Shown in pieces: positions 1 to 6,984 of a stretch of 37,217 nt of DNA (positions are counted from its first letter, which is position 1; every line of letters begins with the position of its first letter). The stretch comes from a virus. Under the pieces are notes generated by a model. It made no database searches and had not been told where the DNA came from. It worked only from the letters and a program-made list of their open reading frames with translations. The translations under genes were made by a program, and so were the position numbers. The DNA lies in the UHGV virus genome UHGV-0221952; one strand, 5' to 3'.

Positions 1-473
1 ACAGTATCATCATAGACCACAAACAGTTCTTTTGGATTGCAGATTACTGTTTTTGTCTTTGCTTCTTCGTCTTGGTAAAAATACTCAAAAGCATGTCCGT
101 AGATGCAGCACTTCTTCGCAAGCTCATATTCCTGGTCCGATATGTCATTATCCCGGTCAAATTCAAGAATCGCGTCCTTGATATTTGCATCCGGATGTGA
201 TTTCTTAATCGGAATCCCATAAGCATATCCTAAAAAAGTCTCAGTGATATAACGCGGGAAATTCACTGCCAGTCGGTTATCCGGCTTCCATTTTTCTTTT
301 TCCGGTAAGCGGAAGACATCGTGAAATCCCTTATACAAATTCTCGAGATAGGTATATCTCGGCATTCGTTCTTCATGTTTTCGAATGTATTCATCCACTA
401 ATACCATATTGATTTCTTTGTCAGCGGAACATAAAAGAGGTTCCGGCAATTTGTATGGTCTTTTCCCATTCAT
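1..473 (-). CDS. SPP1-type portal protein, 5' part (continues at 37217)
   Basis: ATG at 473 directly after the terL stop. Translates MNGKRPYKLP…WKPDNRLAVNFPRYITETFLGYAYGIPI…IYGHAFEYFYQDEE…VYDDT and is open to base 1. Confidence 0.93.
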   Translation of the reverse strand, partial: MNGKRPYKLPEPLLCSADKEINMVLVDEYIRKHEERMPRYTYLENLYKGFHDVFRLPEKEKWKPDNRLAVNFPRYITETFLGYAYGIPIKKSHPDANIKDAILEFDRDNDISDQEYELAKKCCIYGHAFEYFYQDEEAKTKTVICNPKELFVVYDDT

Positions 474-474
474 T

Positions 475-1731
475 TTATATTCCTCCTCTAAAGGTCTTTA
501 ATTTCACTTTTCCCTTTCTCTCCTGCTCAATCGAATAGCGCAGCATTGCCATCGCATCATCAAAGAAATTCACTGGCTCGTCTGTAAAAGTGTTCGTCTT
601 CTCATCTTTTCGCCATTTCCATTGTTGTATCTCCTTAATCGTATTTACGCAGGACGGATGTATATGGATTGTATGCTGCTTTAAGTAATCAATCTGCGCT
701 TTTACACTGTTCGGCTCTTTCTTGACCGGACATGCTCTGTATCCTGCTTTCTGCCACATCCTAATTCTGTCCGGCTCAGCAGAATCGCAATACATAGTAA
801 TTCGCTTCTGAAATTTTCCATCAGCCAGCTGTATGATCTCGGATGTATCTTTTTCAAATACATACAACTCTCGGCACAAATAGATCTCTTCGTCTTTAAA
901 TCCTACCTCTCCGATGCAATTCGCATGATTAAATCCAAAGTCCTGCGAATTTACCATGTAATCAAATCGATCAGGGGATGTGTTAAAATCTTCGATTACA
1001 TAATTCGTAAGAATCAGACCGCCAGTTTCTCCCCATTCTCCGAGTCCATAAATTCGGTATCCATCCGGATCTCGCTCTTTACGCATCATCATGCGCCGAT
1101 GGTACGCCTCATCAATAAAGCGGTTTTGTAAATATGTTGACTGGTGTGTGTAAATATCATCGCTCTTAATATCAAAATACTTTGCTTTCAGCCAGTGCGT
1201 TGCCGACACTGGATTGAAGCTGAATGTGATCTGATAATATAAAAATGGATTGAATGACAAATCGCCTCTGAGTCGGTCATCGAGAATATCGACATCCGCT
1301 TCGTAAAGCTCTGTTGCTTCTTCAATCCATATCCATGTTAGCTTTCCGACATCAAATGTGATAGACTTTACTTTTTCTCTCTGTCCATCATCTTTCATTC
1401 CTCGGAAAATCACTTTATTTCCAGTTATTTTGGAGATCAGCTCCATTGGATTGCTTTTGATCTGCCAAAACAATCCTGCTTTATCTCCATATATTTTGTA
1501 GATTGCACTCTTTAACTCCGCATAAGTGCTGTCCTTATTTGTCGTGTCGACTTTCCGAACGCACAGAAGATTTGCACCTTTATACTTTGGATCACCCAGC
1601 TTGATGATAAAATTCTGTGCAATGTTTACCGACTTTCCGGATCCGGCAGAGCCTTTTGCCAGTCGATATCGTTTCTTGCACTCATTGAACTCTTTGAAAT
1701 TTCTGTTAAATCCAACATTAACTTCCTTCAT
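475..1731 (-). CDS. terL: Terminase large subunit, PBSX family
   Basis: Walker A KGSAGSGKS, Walker B WIWIEEATE, FSFNP, and RNase H-like DFGFNH / DDAMAMLRY. Likely start MKEVNV. Confidence 0.96.
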   Translation of the reverse strand: MKEVNVGFNRNFKEFNECKKRYRLAKGSAGSGKSVNIAQNFIIKLGDPKYKGANLLCVRKVDTTNKDSTYAELKSAIYKIYGDKAGLFWQIKSNPMELISKITGNKVIFRGMKDDGQREKVKSITFDVGKLTWIWIEEATELYEADVDILDDRLRGDLSFNPFLYYQITFSFNPVSATHWLKAKYFDIKSDDIYTHQSTYLQNRFIDEAYHRRMMMRKERDPDGYRIYGLGEWGETGGLILTNYVIEDFNTSPDRFDYMVNSQDFGFNHANCIGEVGFKDEEIYLCRELYVFEKDTSEIIQLADGKFQKRITMYCDSAEPDRIRMWQKAGYRACPVKKEPNSVKAQIDYLKQHTIHIHPSCVNTIKEIQQWKWRKDEKTNTFTDEPVNFFDDAMAMLRYSIEQERKGKVKLKTFRGGI

Positions 1732-2287
1732 CCTCATCACCATAGTCTACTACAATCTTCATGTCCATATCTCCTGTCACATCCAGCTTGTCATTCCACA
1801 TACCTAAATGTCTGCCGAGAAGCTCGAGTGCCTTTACCTTGTCGCAGGGCTTCTGTTCCAATCCATCGCGCCCCTTTTTAATTGTTCCGAGGGCTCGCTG
1901 CTGTTCCTCCGTAAGGTTGTCTGTAAGTTCCAATTCTACAGTCCGATACAGAATCGGTTCTCCGTCTTCTCCTACGAGTGGAATAATATTTCCATCTACT
2001 TCTGCTGTCGCCTGCTTCTCTACTACTTTTGCGTAGTCAGCAGCATTCGAAAAAGCAATCGCTGCAAGTTCATTTAAAACTCGATCCTGCGTGATCTCTG
2101 TTCGTTTCTGCCGTTCTTCCATTCTTTCGGCGATATATTCCGCAACCTTAGCATTTCTTAGTAGCCTACTTCCATTTACCGCCGCTGACTCTTCTTTCTT
2201 TACACTCGGATATGCAACGCGGTAAGCCCGTGTGGCATTTAAATCAATCAGGTATTCATCTGCAAATATTTTCTGTTTTTCTGTCAT
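1718..2287 (-). CDS. terS: Terminase small subunit
   Basis: MTEKQKIFADEYLIDLNATRAY…KVKALELLGRHLGM, typical of Terminase_2, directly upstream of terL. Confidence 0.95.
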   Translation of the reverse strand: MTEKQKIFADEYLIDLNATRAYRVAYPSVKKEESAAVNGSRLLRNAKVAEYIAERMEERQKRTEITQDRVLNELAAIAFSNAADYAKVVEKQATAEVDGNIIPLVGEDGEPILYRTVELELTDNLTEEQQRALGTIKKGRDGLEQKPCDKVKALELLGRHLGMWNDKLDVTGDMDMKIVVDYGDEDEGS

Positions 2288-2325
2288 AGGACTCACCACC
2301 TTCCAATCTATCTATTTCTTTCTGC

Positions 2326-2397
2326 TGGATACAGCAGGACTTGAACCTGCGACTCCTTCATTACGAGTGAAGTTCTCTACCACTAAGCTATGTATCC
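2326..2397 (-). tRNA. tRNA-Thr(CGT)-like gene with atypical acceptor stem and no encoded CCA
   Basis: Cloverleaf: acceptor GGATACA/TGTATCC, D arm GCTT-AGTGGTA-GAGA, anticodon arm CTTCA-CT CGT AA-TGAAG, T arm GCAGG-TTCAAGT-CCTGC. Confidence 0.85.
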
Positions 2398-2482
2398 GAA
2401 TATACTTTGTTGAAATTTTCATTAAAATTTGATATATTTATTATGTTGCAAAAAACACATAAGGAGGTCAAAGGAGGAAATC

Positions 2483-2539
2483 ATGCCAATATCAAAATTT
2501 GTTATCAAAGACATTATAGTATTTACGAAATTTGGCTAA
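2483..2539 (+). CDS. Putative 18-aa peptide MPISKFVIKDIIVFTKFG
   Basis: Tandem strong RBS (AAGGAGG…AAGGAGGAAATC-ATG). Too short for the ORF track. Confidence 0.45.
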   Translation: MPISKFVIKDIIVFTKFG

Positions 2540-2659
2540 AAACCAACCTAATGTTTCCTTGCTTTCTTCTTAACATGCAACACCCCGCTTAAAGCCACTC
2601 CTCTTGGCTTTCGAATAGACTTCGATGTAAGTCCGATAAAAAATAAGGAGGAGAATCCT

Positions 2660-2842
2660 ATGGAATACATTAGGTTGGTTTTAAGCCGGGATTTTCTTCT
2701 ATTTCTTTTGGGTGTATATGGTCCGCAAATTGCACTATATACACAAAAACTAATTGCAGACTGCGATAAGAATATATTTACCTTTTTTTTCATGTTTGGT
2801 ACATATTTGCTTATAACACCACGTAATTTCTCAAGAAAATAG
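2660..2842 (+). CDS. Small hydrophobic (1-2 TM) moron protein, 60 aa
   Basis: RBS AAGGAGGAG, hydrophobic segments, followed by a terminator. Antisense to the late operon. Confidence 0.65.
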   Translation: MEYIRLVLSRDFLLFLLGVYGPQIALYTQKLIADCDKNIFTFFFMFGTYLLITPRNFSRK

Positions 2843-2852
2843 TAAGAAAGAA

Positions 2853-2887
2853 GCAAAAAGCCGGATTAGCTACCCGGCTTTTTTGCT
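2853..2887. terminator. Bidirectional intrinsic terminator
   Basis: GCAAAAAGCCGG-ATTAGCTAC-CCGGCTTTTTTGC, with A and T tracts on both sides. Confidence 0.8.
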
Positions 2888-2891
2888 GCCT

Positions 2892-2920
2892 AAAAACGCC
2901 CCGCTTTTTTTGCAGGGCGC
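2892..2920 (-). terminator. Terminator-like hairpin in the late leader
   Basis: Minus strand reads CGCCCTGC-A7-GCGGGGCG-TTTTT. Confidence 0.55.
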
Positions 2921-2970
2921 CTTAGTGAGAAACAGTGTTATAATCATTTTCCCTTTTCGGGTATGATACC

Positions 2971-3004
2971 ATATTACCATTTTTGAAGCGGACAGTGGCG
3001 GACA
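2971..3004 (-). promoter_or_regulatory. Putative late promoter with activator direct repeats
   Basis: TGTCCGC-N3-TGTCCGC (2988-3004, 10-bp period) lies 11 bp upstream of an extended -10 TGG-TAATAT, directly after the ArpU/RinA-like gene. No canonical -35. Confidence 0.65.
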
Positions 3005-3005
3005 T

Positions 3006-3479
3006 TTACGAAACTTTTTCTAAAAATCTGTCATGCAACTTACGACAGCTGTCTTTCGTAAATGGAATTCTTTTCTTCGGGAACATATAATTCATTCGCA
3101 TAGCTACCATTTCCCACGTCAGATTGTCTATGTAATACAGTCTAAACATACTCCTAAGCCTGCTCTTTTCTATCTGCTGTATGTATTCTTCTACTTGTGT
3201 CTGTTTTTCGAGTAGATCAGCCTCCAATAACTCTAGCTGTGTAATCTTTCTTTCATAGGCAGCTTGTTTCCGGATAATTGCCATTGTAGGCTTACCATGT
3301 ATCTTTACTGTCCGAAGTGGCTTTTTCCCTTTCTTTCCGCAAGTCACGGAATCCGTAACAACTGTCTTATTTAGCCTATCCAGTGTTTTCTTATCCTCTT
3401 GTATCCGTCTTCTAAGGTCTTTAATCTCTTCTTTCATATCTGCGTACTCAATCAATATTTGCTTGTCCACCGGCATCAA
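3006..3479 (-). CDS. ArpU/RinA-like late transcriptional activator
   Basis: Coiled N-terminus plus sigma4-like end (RLRSMFRLYYIDNLTWEMVAMRM). Last early gene before terS. Confidence 0.85.
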   Translation of the reverse strand: MMPVDKQILIEYADMKEEIKDLRRRIQEDKKTLDRLNKTVVTDSVTCGKKGKKPLRTVKIHGKPTMAIIRKQAAYERKITQLELLEADLLEKQTQVEEYIQQIEKSRLRSMFRLYYIDNLTWEMVAMRMNYMFPKKRIPFTKDSCRKLHDRFLEKVS

Positions 3480-3670
3480 TCCCCTTTCTCCTTAATCTTC
3501 CCACTCAAATCAACTCCCCATTTTCTCAGACATTGTTTTACACTATACTCTTGATATGCCGGACGTTTAAATGCTTTCACGGCATTGTCCGGTGCTTTAT
3601 GGCTTTCCATTTCGTCGTAGTGCTGCTCTTGATCTAACTTCATCTGCCTGCGATTTCTTCTATGCTCCAT
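3476..3670 (-). CDS. Hypothetical phage protein (MEHRRNRRQ…)
   Basis: RBS GGGAGTGA before ATG 3670. Stop overlaps the next start. Confidence 0.7.
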   Translation of the reverse strand: MEHRRNRRQMKLDQEQHYDEMESHKAPDNAVKAFKRPAYQEYSVKQCLRKWGVDLSGKIKEKGD

Positions 3671-3674
3671 TTCT

Positions 3675-3785
3675 TCACTCCCTTTCGTCTCTAGCGGACC
3701 ATGCAAGTATGCCAAAGAACAACGTCACCAAAAGAATCATCCCTACTCCAATAAGATGCATTACTGCAAATATTGCTTCTATCAT
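3675..3785 (-). CDS. 36-aa single-TM protein MIEAIFAVMHLIGVGMILLVTLFFGILAWSARDERE
   Basis: Read from sequence; RBS GGAGAG; fills the gap in the operon. Confidence 0.65.
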   Translation of the reverse strand: MIEAIFAVMHLIGVGMILLVTLFFGILAWSARDERE

Positions 3786-3847
3786 TTTATTCTCTCCATT
3801 CTTTCCCATGATACTTTATAATATGCTGTTTTGGTTTTTCTTACTCC

Positions 3848-3876
3848 TTTACCATGTGCTCCTTAAATGTTATAAT
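3848..3876 (+). promoter_or_regulatory. SigA promoter of the antisense moron
   Basis: TTTACC-17-TATAAT with extended TG. Confidence 0.65.
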
Positions 3877-3913
3877 TGGCTTATCAATTCTTTTTATCTA
3901 AGGAGGCATTTCT

Positions 3914-4096
3914 ATGTGTGATTATCAAAAATACGAGTCTTACGAAACATTTCTGTTATATCAAGAATTTCTTTCCATCCCAGACAATCCATTTTCTTTC
4001 CAGCTGCCCGAAGGAATGATGATGACCAGTGATATGATACATACATTCCTTCAGGCTGCTTACAATGCAAAAGGTGTGTCTATTTTGGATTCTTGA
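3914..4096 (+). CDS. 60-aa acidic hypothetical moron protein
   Basis: RBS AAGGAGG and its own promoter. 3' end overlaps the convergent DUF551-like gene. Confidence 0.7.
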   Translation: MCDYQKYESYETFLLYQEFLSIPDNPFSFQLPEGMMMTSDMIHTFLQAAYNAKGVSILDS

Positions 4097-4520
4097 TATA
4101 TGGTTCTGGTTTTAATCTCCATGCAACTACATTATATTTATAACAATACCACCATTCTTCATCCCATCTGTGGAAAGTTGGTTCTTTATCATTATCCTCT
4201 GCATATCCATAAGTTATATTCATGTAGACGTTTCCATCTTCATCTGTTACTATAAGTTCTCCCATTCCCTCTTCTGGCAATCCCTCTTCCACCAGAATCC
4301 AGTCGTTATCTTTCTTTCCGTCCTCAAATCCTTTTTGATACCACTTTCTCCTGCTGCATCCTTCACAGTTTTGGATTTCATCCATGTGAGAGCGGATGAT
4401 TTCTTTTACTCTGCTCGCCCGCACATACCCATCTACTTCCATATCACCAGCATAAATAGGTGCATCTTCTTGAAATGTTGCTTCTTCTATCTCTTCCAAA
4501 ATCTTCTCTAGTACGTTCAT
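4080..4520 (-). CDS. DUF551-like protein
   Basis: WILVEEGLPE…VVAWRLKPEPY C-terminal signature. Confidence 0.8.
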   Translation of the reverse strand: MNVLEKILEEIEEATFQEDAPIYAGDMEVDGYVRASRVKEIIRSHMDEIQNCEGCSRRKWYQKGFEDGKKDNDWILVEEGLPEEGMGELIVTDEDGNVYMNITYGYAEDNDKEPTFHRWDEEWWYCYKYNVVAWRLKPEPYIKNPK

Positions 4521-4552
4521 TTGCTATTTCACCTCCAACAGTTCTCTAACGT

Positions 4553-4993
4553 TTAATTATTTAATACCCTCGACCATCTTGTCTTCATTTCTTTCGGAAT
4601 TGCCTGTCCCTTATCTCTCTTTCCTGTCCAATGCGTTCCACCTGCAATTCCTTCGCATGTAAAATTACTAGCCTTTAAACTTGCTCCATTTTCTGACTTC
4701 AAAATATATGTAATAATTTTTTTGTAGCCCATTTCTTTAGCCACCCTACAACAGGCTCCATACAACATTGAGCAAGCGTTATAAGTTCCATCCGTACACA
4801 ATCTATTTATTTCACAGATTGTACCATCGTCTAGTTTTCGGCTTACAGGTCTACCACACACAGCGACGCCCACTAAGTTATTATTGTCCATTAACCCGAC
4901 ACAAAACTTACAACCAACAGTTGGCTTGTGATGTCTATGATGCTCTGCAATAAAATTACAGGCCGTTTTAAAAGTTACTGGTACTATTTCCAC
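4553..4993 (-). CDS. XF1762/Mom-like GNAT-fold protein, candidate DNA-modifying enzyme
   Basis: Motifs FIAEHHRHH, LVGVAVCGRPVSR, CEINRLC, NACSMLYGAC, IITY…GASLKASNF. GTG start with RBS AAGGAG/GGAGGT. Confidence 0.75.
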   Translation of the reverse strand: MEIVPVTFKTACNFIAEHHRHHKPTVGCKFCVGLMDNNNLVGVAVCGRPVSRKLDDGTICEINRLCTDGTYNACSMLYGACCRVAKEMGYKKIITYILKSENGASLKASNFTCEGIAGGTHWTGKRDKGQAIPKEMKTRWSRVLNN

Positions 4994-4996
4994 TCC

Positions 4997-5152
4997 TTAC
5001 ACCTCCAACAACTCTGGATTATCAAAAATATTTCCAATGACTTCGGTTAATATCGGAAGAATATAATGATGTTTTCTGCAAAATACATAATACCCTTCCA
5101 CCCATTCTCCATTATCTTTTCTCTTTGCTTTAAAAAGGTTTTCTCTATTCAT
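4997..5152 (-). CDS. Internally deleted 51-aa YopX-family protein
   Basis: MNRENLFKAKRKDNGEWVEGYY…EVIGNIFDNPELLEV has both YopX termini but no central GQYTGLKDKNG-type segment. Confidence 0.7.
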   Translation of the reverse strand: MNRENLFKAKRKDNGEWVEGYYVFCRKHHYILPILTEVIGNIFDNPELLEV

Positions 5153-5312
5153 TCTCCCTATTTTCTTTCTGTCTCATCTGCTCAATGTAAATATCTGTAG
5201 CACACCTTACAATTTCCGGTTTGATTCCATCGTAATCAGTGCCTTTGTAAAAATTTTTGTCACACGATCTTTTGATCATGTATAGGATATCTTCAAATGT
5301 TTGTTCTTTCAT
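5145..5312 (-). CDS. Hypothetical protein (MKEQTFEDIL…)
   Basis: ORF in operon, overlapping the next start. Confidence 0.7.
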   Translation of the reverse strand: MKEQTFEDILYMIKRSCDKNFYKGTDYDGIKPEIVRCATDIYIEQMRQKENRENE

Positions 5313-5372
5313 TCTTTCACTTCTCCATTCTGTAATAAAACTCAACTCTTAACTCAATTACTCAACTCTTGT

Positions 5373-5819
5373 CTAACTTTCCGACCAGTCAAGCCTCTGT
5401 CCACACCATTTGCAATAATCTTCATAAATGTCGAGAGGCTCTATTTCACTGCCGCAATTTTTGCATTCATAAAACTCTCTGTATATTCCGCCAACAACCT
5501 CTTTTGGTTTTATTGCTAACTGCTTTTCCAATGCTTCGATTGCTGTTCTGGCATTATTGGCAGCCATTGTATGGTCACATCTATCATAGTTATCGCACTC
5601 TTCGCACACTGTATCGTCTGCAAATGATTTCATGCAATATATTGCTTCTCTAACTTTCTTCTCGTCCATGTATTGCTCCTCCTCATACTCCGGACACTCC
5701 ACACAATACTCGTACTCATCCGCGTCTGCGCACTGCATATTGCAAACATCGTTATACTGGCACTCTATACAGCACCGGTCGCCTTGCGGGCATATACTTA
5801 GTAATTTACATTTTCCCAT
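5373..5819 (-). CDS. Cys-rich/Zn-ribbon protein; probable fusion or internal start at 5669
   Basis: 9 Cys in the first 50 aa; internal GAGGAGGAG RBS before MDEKK; C-terminal CKNC…YCKWCGQRLDW. Confidence 0.75.
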   Translation of the reverse strand: MGKCKLLSICPQGDRCCIECQYNDVCNMQCADADEYEYCVECPEYEEEQYMDEKKVREAIYCMKSFADDTVCEECDNYDRCDHTMAANNARTAIEALEKQLAIKPKEVVGGIYREFYECKNCGSEIEPLDIYEDYCKWCGQRLDWSES

Positions 5820-5920
5820 GTTTACACCTCTTATCTTTACTTCTTCTATTCTTTCCCATCCTACGCTCTACTTCTTCCCAAAAAGAACTGCACGGCTCTT
5901 CCGGCCATGTATGTTCTTCC

Positions 5921-6073
5921 TTATCTTCTTTTCGTTCTTCCACACGACAAACCTTTACAGAAATACATCTCTGTTCCTCTCTTTGTTTTCACATAATCAT
6001 ACTCTCCGATCAGCATCTTCCCGCAGTTAGCGCATAACTTCGCATCATCGGGAGCCAGTTCCTTTTTTTTCAT
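5921..6073 (-). CDS. 50-aa Zn-finger-like protein (MKKKELAPDDAKLCANCG…FCKGLSC)
   Basis: Read from sequence; CxxC plus a second Cys pair. Confidence 0.6.
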   Translation of the reverse strand: MKKKELAPDDAKLCANCGKMLIGEYDYVKTKRGTEMYFCKGLSCGRTKRR

Positions 6074-6084
6074 AGCACTACTCT

Positions 6085-6381
6085 TCATTCTTTCGGATAC
6101 CTCCCGATAGCACTCTCAATCCTCTGTACAGCTGATTTATTAAGTCTTTCAATCAAATCCACATATTCTTTCAGGTCGATGCTCATGCCGTCCATAAAAT
6201 CAAGCTGCGAAAGAGTTATATATCTGTCCACTGCCTGCCGGATGCTTCCGTAATATCCATGTGTTCTGACAGATTCTTTCTCCTCGCCATCCTTCGTCTT
6301 CCCGGAATACTTCTGTCTCAATGTGTAATTTAATGGATCCACCTCGATAAAATATCCATCCTGCAATTCAATCTCTACCAT
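6085..6381 (-). CDS. Hypothetical phage protein (DUF5405-like)
   Basis: YFIEVDPLNYTL…GYYGSI pattern; RBS GAGGAGG. Confidence 0.7.
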   Translation of the reverse strand: MVEIELQDGYFIEVDPLNYTLRQKYSGKTKDGEEKESVRTHGYYGSIRQAVDRYITLSQLDFMDGMSIDLKEYVDLIERLNKSAVQRIESAIGRYPKE

Positions 6382-6561
6382 TTATCTTTCCTCCTCTACT
6401 GCCACTATCCTATATCCGCATATCTTTCCATTGTTCTGCCTCGATCTCCTACTCCGTATCGTAGATTCCGTAGTATGTAATCTTCTTGCCAAGAGAGTGG
6501 CTGATTCTTCCACACAGATGGGCAATTCGAGGCGATCTGCAGTCACTGCCATCCATAGCAT
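6382..6561 (-). CDS. 59-aa small HTH-like protein (MLWMAVTADRLELPICVEESATLLARRL…)
   Basis: Read from sequence; RBS AAGGAGTGA; common phage family pattern. Confidence 0.65.
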   Translation of the reverse strand: MLWMAVTADRLELPICVEESATLLARRLHTTESTIRSRRSRQNNGKICGYRIVAVEEER

Positions 6562-6565
6562 AGGA

Positions 6566-6763
6566 TCACTCCTTCCATAAATTAATTACCGGAGTCCATG
6601 CAATTAATAAGGATTTTATAAAATCAAGCATCTCTTTGTCTGACTGATATTTCTTAGCGATCGCCTTGATTGATGCGTTATACTGTTTATAATCTTGATT
6701 CTCTCTAAAGTCCTTATAGGCTTTCCAGAAGGAATTTTGAATATCTGTTATTTTTTCGTGCAT
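6566..6763 (-). CDS. Hypothetical protein (MHEKITDIQNSFWKAYK…)
   Basis: RBS AAGGAGTGA before ATG 6763. Confidence 0.75.
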   Translation of the reverse strand: MHEKITDIQNSFWKAYKDFRENQDYKQYNASIKAIAKKYQSDKEMLDFIKSLLIAWTPVINLWKE

Positions 6764-6777
6764 ATTCACTCCTTTTC

Positions 6778-6980
6778 GTAACAAAGTATCAAATATTTCG
6801 TATTAGTAACAAACGCTTGCTACCTACTCAAACCCGCATGGTTGACGGCTTTTCAAGCTATGGTAACAAAGTAACAATGATTTTTACCCTATATAGGGAT
6901 TTCATATTTCTTGGATTTCTCACACAAAACGCTCTTATATATAGCGCGTTTTTCCGTTGTTACCTTGTTACTTTGCTACC
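6778..6980. repeat. Putative replication origin: direct and inverted GTAACAA iterons
   Basis: GTAACAA at 6778, 6806, 6863, 6871; TTGTTAC at 6957, 6965; TTGCTAC at 6817, 6973; palindrome CCCTATATAGGG at 6887-6898. Directly downstream of the helicase. Confidence 0.7.
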
Positions 6981-6984
6981 TTTT

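Noticed and set aside
44..226. 60-aa minus-strand ORF
   Set aside because: Out-of-frame overlap within the portal 5' segment.
2483..2539. Arbitrium-like signalling peptide
   Set aside because: No signal-peptide architecture and no TPR/RRNPP receptor gene in the genome.
2548..2856. 102-aa minus-strand ORF
   Set aside because: No RBS, starts inside a terminator, and is the shadow of the better-supported + strand unit.
5806..5943. 45-aa GTG-start ORF (MEERKEDKEEHTWPEEPC…)
   Set aside because: It fills a gap but has a weak RBS and overlaps both neighbours; support is insufficient.
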